Assembly: GCA_038087875.1 (NCBI GenBank)
Contig: CM075996.1
Coordinates: 9,736,001 to 9,800,000, forward strand
Reading direction: 5' to 3'
Length of the DNA: 64,000 nucleotides
DNA from: Malacoraja senta
Taxonomy: Eukaryota
Made by a program: the position numbers and the translations under genes. This document shows, in pieces, positions 12,936 to 26,309 of the stretch. The notes beneath the pieces were generated by a model. The model was not told the origin of the DNA and searched no databases. It saw only the letters and a list, made by a program, of their open reading frames with translations. Numbering within the stretch: the stretch's first letter is position 1; the number at the start of each line of letters is the position of its first letter.

Positions 12936-13639
12936 ATGGGGTGGGCAGGTTGTGCAGAAGGGTGTGATTCCACGCTGTAAGACTCTCTGTAACTCTAGTC
13001 ACGGTGTGGGAAACTGCCATGGTTTGGACAGACTTAAAAGAATCAGGATCCATAGGCAGCGGCTTGAATAATTAGGGAACCATTAATAGTCTCTATCCCT
13101 GGGCCCTGGACACTCGCCGAGTTCCACTAGAAAGCTCGGAGCTTGTCTGTGCTGAAGATGCCACTGTTCTGTCAGTGTCTGTCAGTGACAGCAGCGTGAA
13201 ACCACTTCCATTCACAACCGGGCAAAATAAACACTGTTGACAAGTTCAGAGGAGCTGCAGGGGTGAGGAGCGACTTGCCCGCAAATAATGGACCAGCACT
13301 TACGGGGGCACTTCCCCCCCTGCCACTTGTTTGGCTGTGTGTCCGACAGCACCAAGTCACCGTCCTGCCGCCCCCTGCCGTGCCCGATCCCAACCCAATG
13401 TCCTGGCAGTCCGTGGCTCCGTGTGCCAATGCTTCCTCATGGCAGTTCTTCAATACGGAGCCTGAACCGTGTGGACTTTCCCCGGGAGCTCCGGCTTCCT
13501 CCCACATTCCACATTCACGCGGGAATCTGCAAAGGGGGGGGGAGGGGAGAGTTTGGTAGAGTTGCTGCCTCACAGCTCCGATCCTGACTACTGATGTTCT
13601 CTTAGTTTAGTTTAGTGATACAGCGCAGAAACAGTAGTA

Positions 13640-14287
13640 TATCATTCATATCAAAAACTTCCTGTATCAGCAGTTTACAAACAAGACAAAAGTTCAAATT
13701 AAAATCCCGCCATCCTTGTCTATAATGTAATCGGCCTCCCGCGGCGACCAGCGTTCACGAAGGCCTCCAGCGTCCCCTTGGGCACCGCGTGCTCTCTCTC
13801 CAGGGACACACGGGCACGGACGTAACCCCGGTAAAGGGGCAGGCAGCCGACCCCTGTGCGGCCGTCGACTGCCCGCTGCCTGGACCCGCGGATGGCCATC
13901 TTGGCCAGGCCCAGGACCAGACCGACCAACAGGGAGACCCCCTCCTCCCTCCCGACCCTCCCTCCTCTGTAACGAGTGCCCAAAAATCAGGAGCGTCGGA
14001 CTGAAATGGTGCCAAAACTTGAGGAGCAGCCCCTTCAGATACTCGAACAGGGGCTGCAACCTCTCACATTGTACATACAAATGGTACACGGACTCCTCCT
14101 CGCCGCCGAAGTGACAGGCGGTGGACGAGTCCGTGAACCGGCTCAAGTACCTGTTGCAGGCCACGGCTTTGTGCAACACTCTCCACCCCAGGTCCCCGAT
14201 GTAAAGGGGGAGGGCTCCCTTGTAGAGAGACCTCCACTGGGGACCGCTCCCCGCCGTCACGTGGTAACACGGACCGCCAGGGTGATA
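13640..14287 (-). mobile_element. Tx1/L1-type LINE ORF2 3' fragment, copy 1
   Basis: WRSLYKG..GDLGWRVLH..CHF.GEEESVYHLYVQC zf-RVT domain. Confidence 0.85.
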
Positions 14288-15627
14288 GTTTTTTTTTTTT
14301 TTTTTTTTTCATACAAAATGCTTTTATTCCGAACAAACAAAAATACGAAGTAGTAACACGATCAGAGAATGCCTATATTGGCATTTTACAAAGAAAGTTA
14401 TCAAATTAAAATAGTAACATTTTTATCAATAATACATTCGACCTCCTGCGGTGACCAGCGTTCAGGGAAGGCCTCCACAGTCCCCGTGGACACCGCGTGT
14501 TCCCTCTCCAGGGACACGCGGGCACGGACGTAACCCCGGAAAAGGGGCAGGCAGCCGACCGCTGTGCGGCCATCGACCGCCCGCTGCCTGGACCCGCAAA
14601 TGGCCATCTTGGCCAGGCCCAGGAGCAGTCCGACAGGGAGACCCCCTCCTCCCTACCGACCCTCCCCCCTCTGTATCAGGGGATTTTAGTATAAGAGCAA
14701 GGAGGTTCTACTGCAGTTGTACAGGGTCTTGGTGAGGCCACACCTGGAGTATTGCGTACAGTTTTGGTCACCAAATCTGAGGAAAGACATTCTTGCCATA
14801 GAGGGAGTACAGAGAAGGTTCACCAGACTGATTCCTGGGATGGCAGGACTTTCATATGAAGAAAGACTGGATAGACTCGACTTGTACTCGTTTGAATTTA
14901 GAAGATTGAGGGGGGATCTTATAGAAACTTACAAAATTCTTAAGGGGTTGGACAAGCTAGATGCAGGAAGATTGTTCCCGATGTTGGGGAAGTCCAGAAC
15001 AAGGGGTCACAGTTTAAGGATAAGGGGGAAGTCTTTTAGGATCGAGATGAGAAAATAATTTTTTACACAGAGAGTGGTGAATCTGTGGAATTCTCTGCCA
15101 CAGAAGGTAGTTGAGGCCAGTTCATTGGCTATATTTAAGAGGGAGTTAGATGTGGCCCTTGTAGCTAAAGGGATCAGGGGGTATGGAGAGAAGGCAGGTA
15201 CAGGATACTGAGTTGGATGATCAGCCATGATCATATTGAATGGCGGTGCAGGCTCGAAGGGCCGAATGGCCTACTCCTGCACCTATTTTCTATGTTTCTA
15301 TGTTTCTATGTACCAGGTGCCCAAAAATCAGGAGCGTCGGACTAAAGTGGAGCCAAAACTTGAGGAGCAGCCCCTTCAGATACTCGAACAGGGGCTGCAA
15401 CCTCTCACACTGTACATACAAATGGTACACGGACTCCTCCTCGCCGCAGAAGTGACAGGCGGTGGACGAGTCCGTGAATCGGCTCAAGTACCTGTTGCAG
15501 GCCACAGCTCAGTGTAACACTCTCCACCCCAGGTCCCCAATGTAAAGGGGGAGGGCTCCCTTGTAGAGAGACCTCCACTGTGGACCGCTCCCGCCGTCAG
15601 GTGGTAACACGGACCGCCAGGGTGATA
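14288..15627 (-). mobile_element. Tx1/L1-type LINE ORF2 3' fragment, copy 2 (poly-A tailed, interrupted by CR1)
   Basis: Same zf-RVT (CHFCGEEESVYHLYVQC); AATAAA and poly(A) at 14288-14309. Confidence 0.85.
14678..15310 (+). mobile_element. Young CR1 LINE, 5'-truncated
   Basis: [19 protein letters not shown]..; (TTCTATGT)n tail; junction repeats TGTATCAGG/TGTACCAGG. Confidence 0.93.
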
Positions 15628-15736
15628 CAGTTTATATTGGGAGTGTTATATTATTGTAACATGGACCAAGATACTGTGGAATGCTTTGTGTTGGATACTA
15701 CCCAGGCATCTCATACCATACTTGCATACAACACAG

Positions 15737-16275
15737 CGGCACGGTGGCACAGCGGTAGAGTTGCTGCCTTACAGCGCTTGCAGCGCCAGAGAACCGGCTT
15801 CGATCCCGACTACGGGTGCTGTCTGTACAGAGTTTGTATGTTCTCACCGTGACCTGTGTGTGTTTACTCTGAGATCTTCGGTTTGCTCCCACACTCCAAA
15901 GACGTCTAGAGGTTTGTAGGCTGGATCGCCTCAGCGCAGAGGGAGAAGAAAGCGGGAAGAGACAGAGACTTTAAGACTTTTGCCTCCATCACAGTGAGGA
16001 GGTACCTGGTGAACTCACTGTGGTGGATGTTAATTTGTGTTTATTGTGTGTTTTGTCATTTATTATTATATGTATGACTGCAGGCAACGAAATTTCGTTC
16101 AGACCGAAAGGTCTGAATGACAAATAAAGGAATCTCTAATCTCTAATAGGCAAGTTGAAAGTTGTACATTGTCCCTAGTGCGTATAGGACAGTGTTAGTG
16201 TGCGGGGATCGCTGGTCGGCACGGACTCGGTGGGCCGAAGGGCCTGTTTCCATGCTAAGTCTCTGAACTAAACTA
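15737..16275 (+). mobile_element. HE1-like SINE split by insertion 15921-16147
   Basis: Head/core to 15920, tail from ~16148. Confidence 0.85.
15921..16147 (+). mobile_element. 5'-truncated non-coding retroelement with Rex1-type tail
   Basis: Internal hairpin 15985-16027; terminal TTTCGTT-hairpin-TGACAAATAAA then (ATCTCTA)n. Confidence 0.65.
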
Positions 16276-17999
16276 GACTCAGCTGGCAGATATCCAGGGA
16301 TCTCTGTGGCGATAACTGCAAGTGTAGCTCTGGTGGGGCGGGCCCACGGGGGACACAAGACTGCCGCAAGTCTCTTGTACTTGCCCGCATGTCTCTGTCC
16401 TACACTGAGCAATCCGTGACCGGTGGACCTTTGACGTAGGAGCCAGATTAGGCACACTCTCCTGGTCTGCAACCTGACCCAGCATCTCACAGCTAATCAA
16501 TGGCAGGACTCTTGCACAGAGCCAGGGACAGGGACAGGGCAGCGCCAAGCTGCTCCATGTCATTCAGGGCAACTCTGCCTTGACCTACAGGATGGTCCTG
16601 GGGCACGTTGCTGTCCTAGGGCCACGTGTCTTTCCTGTCGGCCGCCGATCAGAAACATAGAAACATAGACAATAGGTGCAGGAGGAGGCCATTCAGCCCT
16701 ACGAGCCAGCACCGCCATTCATTGTGATCATGGCTGATCATCCACAATCAGTAACCCGTGCCTGCCTTCTCCCCATATCCCTTGATTGCACTAGTCCCAG
16801 GCCATGTCCTCTGGTCCTCGATTCCCCTACTCGGGGTAAGAGACTCTGTGCATCCACCCGATCTATTCCTCTCATGATTTTATACCTCTATAAGATCACC
16901 CCTCGTCCTCCTGCGCTCCAAGCGAAAGCCCCCACCTCTCTCTATAACTCAAGCCCTCCAATCCCAGGAACATCCTTGTGAACCTCTGTTCCCATCTTCG
17001 CTATGGATAGGTGACCAGAACTGCCCACATTATTCCAAAGGGTAGTCTCATTAATATCAGTCTGAAGAAGTGTCTCGACCTGGAACGTCACCCAGAGATG
17101 CAGCCTGTCCCCGCTGAGTTACTCCAGCATTTTGTGTCTACCTTCGATTTAAACCAGCGTCTGCAGTTCTTTCCAACACATTAATATCTTGTTCAGCTTG
17201 GGCGGGCACGTTGGCGCAGCGGGTAGAGCTGCTGCCTCACAGAGCCAGACACCCGGCTACGATCCTGACCCTCTATGTTTCTAAGGTGACGGGGACAAGA
17301 TAGGTATCTGAAGGGGTCACTTTTTCACACAAAGGGCGGTGGGTGTATGGAACAAGCTGCCAGAGGAGGTAGTCGAGGCAGGGACATTCTCAACATTTAA
17401 GAAGCTGTTAGACAGGTACGTGGATAGGACAGGCTTGGACGGACATGTGCCAAATGCGTGCTGGTGGGACTAGTGTAGCTGGGACATTGTTGGCCGGTGT
17501 GGGCAAGTTGGGCCGAAGGGCCTGTTTCCACACTGTATCACTGTGTGACATGAGGGACATACATAAGGTCAGATGATTACAATGTTTGTCCCAGAGTGGA
17601 GGGGGTCACAGGAAGGGGGGCATGAAGGCCAAGTTTTTCACACAAGGGGGGTGGCAACATGGGAGCAGCGACCAGAGGAAGTGGTAGAAGCAGATATAAT
17701 TGCAACATTGGTCTGAAGAAGGGTCTCGACCCCAACCGTCACCCATTCCTTCTCCCCACGAGATGCTGCCTGACCTGCTGAGTTACTCCAGCGTGTTGTG
17801 TCTATCTGCGGTGTAAAGCAGCGTCTGCAGTTCCTTCCTGCAACATTTCAAAGACAGATCCATGGACAGGAGGGTTCGGGGGCAAAAGCCAGGCGATTGG
17901 GACGAGCTGAGGAAGGCGCCTTGTGCCAGCATGGAGCAGTTGGGCCGAAGGGCCTGTTTCTGTGCTGTAAGACTCTGATGCTCTAAGCTACAGCGGGCA

Positions 18000-18480
18000 C
18001 TGGCCTGTTTTACCAGCTACCCTGGAAGAGCATTGCCGCACAGCACCACGCTGGGCTGTTGGCATTGACTCACTGCCCAGATACACTGCTAGACGCACGG
18101 TGGTAGGTCATTGTAGACTTACTTCTGTGTTTCCATGGAAACGGCCAAGGCAGTCTGCAACAGCAGCGGGTGTGTTTGCTGATGTACAGGCGGTACTGAT
18201 GCCTGTGTCCCGCGGGTGGTGTGCCACCAAGCAGGCACGGGCAACGCGCGCGTGGCAATGCGGTGACACATGGCATTCTGCTTGCTCCCGGAGTGACGGC
18301 AGCCGGCGGAGTAAACAGCCGGAGGCCACGGGGCTCCCAGAGGATGTACGCACCTTCCCACTCTTCCCCAGACAGGGGGGTGGATGCACAGTACTGCTCT
18401 CCACAAGCCCAAGCCTTGGTGTTGGCTGAAAAGATTCCGACACCTCCAGCCGGAATATCACCACAGCCCAAAACACCTCA
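18000..18480 (-). promoter_or_regulatory. Candidate regulatory region or exon: CpG-rich unique island with palindromic RFX X-box
   Basis: GTTTCCATGGAAAC at 18129-18142; GTAAGT donor-like site on minus at 18121-18116; CpG cluster 18200-18330; not repeat-like. Confidence 0.3.
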
Positions 18481-18590
18481 CAGCTCCAGCACCTACCGCA
18501 TTGGAGACCCTCGGACTATCTTAGATGCTCATCTGAGAGGTATCCACGTGCTTATGTATAGTGTAGGAAGGAACTGCAGGTGCTGGTTTA

Positions 18591-18911
18591 AGCTCACAAG
18601 GTCATAAGTGATCGGAGTAGAATTAGGCCATTTGGCCCATCAAGCCGACTCCGCCATTCAATCATGGCTGATCTATCTCTCCCTCCTAACCCCATTCTCC
18701 TGCCTTCTCCCCATAACCCTGACACCCGTACTAATCAAGAATCTATCTATCATTGCCTTAAAAATATCGACTGACTTGGCCTCCACAGCCTTCTGTGGCA
18801 ATGAATTCCACAGATTCAACACCCTCTGACTAAAGACATTTCTACTCATCTCCTTCCTAAAAGAATGTCCTTGAATTCTGAGGCTGTGCCCTCTAGTCCT
18901 CGACCCTCCCA
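18591..18911 (-). mobile_element. CR1 3' fragment
   Basis: [25 protein letters not shown]. Confidence 0.88.
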
Positions 18912-19216
18912 CTCAAGGGCAGAGGTCGTGAATTAGGTCGTGAAAGTGGGACAGGCCCTTTACTTTGTAGCTCAATGCCAGCCACTGAATCCCACATATG
19001 CTTAAAACATGAAACACAGGCCACTTTGGCAACTGTTCCCTTCATAATTATTTTACAAAGTCAAAGATGTTTCTTACCATTATCTTCAGAACAACTATTT
19101 AACGTGGAGGTGTGATGCTAAAGATACTGGTGGTAGACATGCCCCATAGTTTCCCTGAGATGGCAAGAAGGCCATCAATAGTGCCCTGGAGAGTTGACAT
19201 CACCTTGAACTTGGGG

Positions 19217-19512
19217 CAGCACGGTGGCACAGAGTTGCTGCCCTCCAGCACCAGAGACCCGGGTTCCACCCTGACTACGGGTGCTGTCTATGCGAGTTTG
19301 TGTTCTCCCCCTGACCACGTGGGTTTTCCCCAGGTGCTCCGGTTTCCCCCCACACCCCAAAGACGTACAGGTTTGTAGGTTAATTGGCTTCGGTAAAGAT
19401 TGTGAATTGTCCCTAGCGTGTAGGATGGTGTTAGTGTGCGGGGATCGCTGGTCGGCGTGGACTCGGTGGGCCCAAGGATCTGTTTCCGCTCTGTATCTCT
19501 AAACTAAACTAA
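19217..19512 (+). mobile_element. HE1-like SINE
   Basis: Head-core-tail. Confidence 0.87.
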
Positions 19513-19793
19513 ACTTGAACTAGTTGTAGAAAGGATCTGCAGATGCTGATTTAAACCGAAGATGGACATAAAATGCTGGAGTAACTCATCGGTATTAGGA
19601 ATTTGAATCTCTCGACCCTTCCCTTCAGCATCGTTGGGGTGTAACCTCGTGTCCCATCGTCATTAGAAAATAGGTGAGGAGGAGGCCATTCGGCCCTTCG
19701 AGCCAGCACAGCTTTTACTGACCATTTTACAGCAGCCATTTTACTGAGGGAGAGGTTATTGCCTCAACACAATGTCACAAAGCTCTTGCTCTC

Positions 19794-20862
19794 ATAGAAA
19801 CATAGAAAATAGGTGCAGGAGGAGGCCATTCGGCCCTTCGAGCCAGCACCGCCATTCATTGTGATCATGGCTGATCGTCCCCAATCAATAACCCGTGCCT
19901 GCCTTCTCCCCATATCCCTTGACTCCACTAGCCCCTAGAGCTCTATCTAACTCTCTCTTAAATCCATCCAGTGACTTGGCCTCCACTGCCCTCTGTGGCA
20001 GGGAATTCCATAAATTCACAACTCTCTGGGTGAAAAAGTTTTTTCTCACCTCATTCTTAAATGACTTCCCCTTTATTCTAAGACTGTGGCCCCTGGTTCT
20101 GGACTCGCCCAACATCGGGAACATTTTTCCTGCATCTAGCTTGTCCAGTCCTTTTATAATTTTATATGTTTCTATAAGATCCCCCCTCATCCTTCTAAAC
20201 TCCAGTAAATACAAGCCTAGTCTTTTTAATCTTTCCTCATATGACAGTCCCGCCATCCCAGGGATCAATCTCGTGAACCTACGCTGCACTGCCTCAATCA
20301 TAAGGATGTCCTTCCTCACATTAGGAGACCAAAGCTGTACACAATACTCCAGATGTGGTCTCACCAGAGCCCTATACAACTGCAGAAGAACCTCTTTACT
20401 CCTATACTGAAATCCTCTTGTTATGAAGGCCAACATTCCATTAGCTTTCTTCACTGCCTACTGTACCTGCACGCCAACTTTCAGTGACCGGTGTACAAGG
20501 ACGCCCAGGTCTCGCTGCACCTCCCCCTTACCTAACCTCACCCCATTGAGATAATAATCTGCCCCCTTGTTTTTGCCTCCAAAGTGGATAACCTCACATT
20601 TATCTATATTATACTGCATCTGCCATGCATCTGCCCACTCACTCAACCTGTCCAGGTCACCCTGCAACCTCCTAACATCCTCTTCACAGTTCACACTGCC
20701 ACCCAGCTTTGTGTCATCCGCAAACTTGCTAGCGTTGCACCTAATTCCCTCTTCCAAATCATTAATATATATGGTAAACAGTTGCGGCCCCAACACCGAG
20801 CCTTGCGGCACTCCACTCGCCACTGCCTGCCATTCTGAAAAGGACCCGTTCACTCCTACTCT
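19794..20862 (-). mobile_element. CR1 LINE, longest copy in window (RT core to 3' end)
   Basis: SGVPQGSVLGPQLFTIYINDL..SKFADDTKLGG RT motifs; one in-frame stop at 20458. Confidence 0.95.
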
Positions 20863-20874
20863 TTGCTTCTCCTT

Positions 20875-21350
20875 CCTGTTCTTCGATTGCGTTAGATATT
20901 TGGTTTTGTTCCGTTTATTGCCACGTGTACCGAGGTACAATGAAAAGCTTTTTGTTGCGTGCTATCCGGTCAGACTTTTCATGATTACACCATCCGCAGT
21001 GTACAGGTACAGTATAACAGGTAGTGCAAGATATAGTCCAGTAAAGTCCAAATGAAGGGTCTCAGATGAGGTAGATAGTAGTTCAGGACCTTTCTCTAGT
21101 TGTGGTAGGATGGTTCAGTCGCCTGATAACAGCTGGGAAGAAACTGGCCCCGAATCTGGAGGTGTGCGTTTTCACACTTCTGTACCTCTTGCCTGATGTG
21201 AGAGGGGAGAAGAGAGAGTGGCCAGGGTGCGACTCGTCCTTGATTATGCTGCTGGCCTTGCCGAGGCAGCGTGTAGATGGAATCGATGGAAGGGAGGTTG
21301 GTTTGCGTGATGGTCTGGGCTGCGCCCACAATTCTCTCCAATTCCTTGCA
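20875..21350 (-). mobile_element. Rex1/Babar LINE 3' fragment
   Basis: KASSIIKDESHPGHSLFSPLTSGKRYRS..SFFPAVIRRLN. Confidence 0.85.
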
Positions 21351-21959
21351 TCCCGATTAAAATGGTTTCTGCGGCGCATCTGTAGAAGCTGGATCTGTGA
21401 AAGATGCTTCCGTTTGTAGAGAGACCACAACTGAATTCCATCGTTGTGAGGTAGTCACTCGAAATCCAGAGGGAATTCTGGAGAAAATTCTCACACCGAG
21501 AGCACTGAGAAGGTGGAACTCACCCCAAGGGAGATCTGGAGTCATACAGCATGGAAACAGGCCCTTCGGCCCAACTTGCCCACACCAGCCAACATGCCCC
21601 ATCTACACTAATCCCACCTGCCCACATTTGGCCCATGTCCTTCTACACCAGTTACACCTGCCCTATCCATGTACCTATGTAAATGTTTCTTAAACGCTGT
21701 GAGGGCAAATCGTTGTGTCCATGTCGCCAAGAGAATCAGGGTTACTGCACGACGGAGTGGGGACCGGCAGAGGTGGGAAGGATGAAGCGGAGGAAGGTTG
21801 GCTTGTGGGAACGCCGGTGTGGACTAGTGTACAGACAGGGAGCTCAGTCTGCTGCTCTGCAAGGTGCAACCTTCCTCAACCCACATACTTAGAACCACAG
21901 TGTCAAAGAACACAGTGGAGACTCATCCACCTCGCTGGGTGTCTGTATACCTGTATGAG

Positions 21960-22670
21960 TGTTGGTCTGTCTCTCCGTCTAATAACCTGTCTGTCTCCAC
22001 AACTGAGCGTGGATCTGTCTCTTGGTCAGACAACCTGTCTGTCTACCTGTCTGAGTGTCTCTCTATCCCTCTGTCTGACAGACAGTCTGATTGTCTGCCT
22101 GTCAGAGTCTCTGCCTGTCTGTCTGTCTCCCTGTCTGTGTCTGTCTGTCTCTCTGCCTGTCTCTCTGTCTGTCTCCCTGTCTGTGTCTGTCTGTCTCTCT
22201 GTCTGTCTCTCTGTCTGTCTCCCTGTCTGTCTCTGTCTGTCTCTCTGACAGTCTCTCTGTCTGTCTCACTGTCTGTGTCTCTGTCTATGTCTCTGTCTGT
22301 CTCTCTGACATTCTCTGTGTCTGTCTCCCTGTCTGTGTCTCTGTCTGTGTCTCTGTCTGTCTCTCTGACAGTCTCTCTGCCTGTGTCTCTGTGTGTCTCC
22401 GCCTGTCTCTCTGACAGCCTCTCTCTCTGTCTGTGTCTGTCTGTGTCTCTGTCTGTGTCTCCGACAGCCTCTCTGTCTACCTGTCTGTCTCTCTGCCTGT
22501 CTCTGTGTCTGTCTCTCTGTCTGTGTCTGTCTGTGTCTCTGCCTGTCTCTCTGCCTGTCTCCCTGTCTGTCTCCCTGTCTGTGTCTCTGTCTGTCTCCCT
22601 GTCTGTCTCCCTGTCTGTCTGTGTCTCTGCCTGTCTCTCTGACAGCCTCTCTGTCTGTCTACCTGTCTGA
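21960..22670 (+). repeat. Degenerate (CTGT/CT)n low-complexity tract
   Basis: About 700 bp of CTGT/CTCT variants; explains the SLSV/TDRE pseudo-ORFs. Confidence 0.95.
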
Positions 22671-22824
22671 GTGTGCATCAGATCTCTCGGTGTGCCAACC
22701 TCTCTGTCCGTCTCTCTGCCTGAGTCAACCTGTCAGCCTGATTTCTAAGTAGCAGCTTGAGGAGGACATTATTTAACATGTATCTGCCCAGGCGGAATTA
22801 GTTTACACATTTCATAATGCTCTT

Positions 22825-23120
22825 TAGTTTAGTTTAGAGATACAGGATGGAAACAGGCCCTTCGGCCCACCGAGTCTGTGCCGACCAGCGATCCCCGCAC
22901 ATTAATACTACCCTACACACACATTTTTTTTACCAAGCCAATTAACCTACAAACCTGTACGTCTTTGGAGTGTGGGAAGAACGAAGATTTCTGAGAAATT
23001 CCACGCGGTCACGGGGGAGAACGTGCAAACTCCGTGTAGACAGCAGCCGTAGTCGGGATCGAACCGGGTCTCCGGCGCTGTAACCACTGTAAGGCAGAGA
23101 CTCTACCACTGCGCCACCAT
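22825..23120 (-). mobile_element. HE1-like SINE
   Basis: Reverse complement of SINE consensus. Confidence 0.88.
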
Positions 23121-23850
23121 GTCGCCCGAGTTCTTGGGGTGGGTGGAAGGAAGGAAAGGGGAGTTGGGAGGGTATTAGCGGTGAGGGGTTTGTTGGGATA
23201 CTGAAGCTGAGATACTGGGCTGCAGCCTCCACACCCCACCCTGCCCCCACAGTTGAAAGTTTGGTTTCACGTCACATGTACCGAGGTACAGTGAAAGGTT
23301 TGTGTTGCGTGCTATCCAGTGAGCGGAAAGACAATACGTGATTACAACCGAGCCGTCCATGGTGTATGGAATGAGATTGAAGAGTGTGGAGCGATTGGAA
23401 TATGAGTTTGTAGCTCTGTGTGTGACTATCATGTGAATAGTCGACTGGGTTGGGCACGATCACAGCCCCCTGCTGTCTGACATTTCTCCTGTTGGAATGG
23501 GCAAGGGGTTTGTATTGCGCGGACAAGTTAGCACTGACTCATATAGTCTGCATGGGTTTGCATGCTGCATGCATGCAAACAGGCTCTTCAGACCAACTTC
23601 TCCATACCATTCACAATGCCCCATCCAAGTTCAGTTTAGTTTAGTTTATTGTCACGTGTACCGAGGTACAGTGAGAAGCTGTGCAAACTGCGCTCGGACA
23701 GAGGCAGAGGTCAGAATGGACCGCTGGCCGCTGTGGCCGTGCAGCAGCAGCTCCCCCGGCTGCGATGGTGGCCATCAGAGGGAGGAGCAGGATGAAGATC
23801 AGCGGTGAACATGCTCCAGCCAGGGACCTCTCCAGCCGTTCCCAACAGAG

Positions 23851-24165
23851 GGCGGCACAGTGGCGCAGCGCCAGATTTGTTGCCTTACAGCGCTTGCAGC
23901 GCCGGAGACCCAGGTTCGATCCTGACTACGGGCGCTGTCTGTACGGAGTTTGCACGTTCTCCCCGTGACCTGCGGGGGTTTTCTCCAAGATCTTCGGTTT
24001 CCTCCCACACTCCAAAGACGTGCAGGTCTGTAGGTTAATCGGCTTGGTAAATGTGTAAACTGTCCCTAACGTGTGTCAGATAGTGATAGTGCGCGGGGAT
24101 CGCTGGTCGGTGCGGACTCGGTGGGCCGAAGGGCCTGTTTCCGCGCTGTTTCTCTAAACTAAACT
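23851..24165 (+). mobile_element. HE1-like SINE
   Basis: Full length, CAGCGC-duplication head variant. Confidence 0.9.
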
Positions 24166-24519
24166 GCACTAAAGAAGCCATTAAAGCTGTGAACCTTCCC
24201 CTGGCACGCACTGCCTCTCACAGAGGGGGGCCAGAGAACTGTGAAGTGGTGGCATACATCCCACCATGGTTCATATTAACATATCCCCTGACGAGCAGAA
24301 TTTACAGATATAATTGGTATGCAATTATCCGCAACATTAATGCTATTGCTAATAGGATAATGATCAGCCTCTGTATCTCACAAAGGTAATATTCTATTTT
24401 ATTATCAGGTTCCCATGTAGAAACAAAGAACTGCAGATGCTGGTTCATCCCAGAGATAGTGCGGCACGGTGGCGCAGCGGTAGAGTTGCTGCCTTACAAC
24501 GCCAGATGCCCAGCTTCCA

Positions 24520-25040
24520 TCCTAGAAAGGAAGAGGTGGAGCCAGTGGGCTGAGGGAGAGCTGAGAAGGGGAGGAGAAAGTAAGGACTACCTGAAATTAG
24601 AGAAGTCAATGTTCATAGCGCTGGGGTGTAAACTGCCCAAGCAAAATATGTGCTGCTCCTCCAATTTCTGGTGGTCCTCACTCTGGCCATGGAGGAGGCT
24701 CAGGACAGAAAGGTTGGATTCGGAATGGGAGGGGGAGTTGAAGTGTTGAGCCACCGGGAGATCAGGTTGGTTATTGCGGAGGTGTTGGGCGAAGCGATCG
24801 CCAAGCCTACGCTTGGTCTCACCGATGTAGAGCAGTTGACACCTAGAGCAGCAGATGCAACAGATGAGGTTGGAGGAGGTGCAGGTGAACCTCTGCCTCA
24901 CCTGGAAAGACTGCTTGGGGCCTTGAATGGAGTCGAGGGGGGAGGTAAAGCGACAAGTGTAGCATTTCTTGCGGTTGCAAGGGAAAGTGCCCAGAGATGG
25001 GGTGGTTCGGGTGGGAAGGGACAAATTGGCCAGGAATTCT
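24520..25040 (-). mobile_element. Penelope-like element GIY-YIG endonuclease fragment
   Basis: GTFPCNRKKCYTC..FTCTSSNL..LYIGETKRRLGDRFAQHLR..PVAQHFNSPSH. Confidence 0.92.
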
Positions 25041-25769
25041 GATATCCTTTTATTGATTCTGCTGTCCTTTTATTCTGATACACAATGATCTGAGGCCAGG
25101 CAGGAACATGAGAACGTGCAAATCAAGAAGGCAGGAGGAAAAGGTAGGGTTTGCACTGGTGCTCTGGTTCCAAAGAAAGCTAAACATCAAAGCATGCAGA
25201 GTCGGAAGCATGCAAAGACGAGTCTGGAGAAGGTCCAGACCCAAAAGGTCACTTATCCACTCCCACCAGGGATGCTGCCTAGCCCGCTGTTACTCCAGCA
25301 GTTTAGTGTAGTTGGAATGGAATATTTATGGTCACATGTGACAAGGCACAGTGAAAGTCTTTGCTTGCGCACCCAAGGTATGCAAATAGTCGCTACATAA
25401 AGGGCACTGATGAAGGTACAACGTATTCCCGCGGCTCCTCCTTTGTTCCCAGAATGCAACACCTCGCACTTCTCTGTATTAAAATTCCATCAACCATTCC
25501 TCAGGTCACCTGGCCAATCGATCAAGATCCTGCTGCAATTTTTGTCATCCATCTTCACTATCTACAATACCACCCACTTTAGTGTCAACTGCAAACTTGC
25601 TAATTGTGCCATGTACATTCTCATTCTCATTGATATAGATGACAAACAACAATGGGCCCAGCACTCAACTCTGAGGCACACCACCAGTCACAGGAAAAGC
25701 TCTAGTTTACAGTGAAAACCATTGCTTTGCATGCTATCCAAACAGATCGGATAATACCATACATAGACA

Positions 25770-26065
25770 GTTTAGTTTCGAGATACAGCATGGAAACAGG
25801 CTCTTCGTCCCACCGAGTCCGTGCCGACCAGCGATCTCCGTACACGAGCATTATCCTACATACTGGGGACAATTTACAATTTTACAGAAGCCAATTATCC
25901 TGTACGTCTTTGGGATGTGGGAGGAAACCGGAGCACCCGGAGAAAGCCCACTCGGTCACGGGGAGAACGTTACAAATTCCGTACAGAGAGCACTGGTAGT
26001 CAGGATCGAACCCAGGTCTCTGGCGCTGTGAGGCAGCGACTCTAACGCAGCGCCACCGTGCTGCC
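25770..26065 (-). mobile_element. HE1-like SINE
   Basis: Reverse complement of consensus. Confidence 0.88.
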
Positions 26066-26309
26066 CTACGGTCACGTCAAACTGTGGTACAATGGGTCGA
26101 GCACCGGGAAAGATGCAGCTGAATGCTCAGCATTGTAACGCATCAGTACCATGGCCTCAGTGGGGTATGTGTGAATCGGACAATACCCTGGTTTATGGTA
26201 GGACCTTAACGGAAGGACTGATAACAAAGGGGAAGAAGCCGTTCCTGAGTCTGGTGGTTAAATCTTACACCCTGATCCCTTCCCTTCGAGATGAATAAGA
26301 GAAGTAAGT

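Noticed and set aside
16300..16440. CGDNCKCS metallothionein-like peptide
   Set aside because: Only one short Cys motif, no further exons or convincing splice context
21715..22752. Long ORFs (up to 268 aa) rich in SLSV/TDRE
   Set aside because: Translation of a stop-free CT/GT microsatellite
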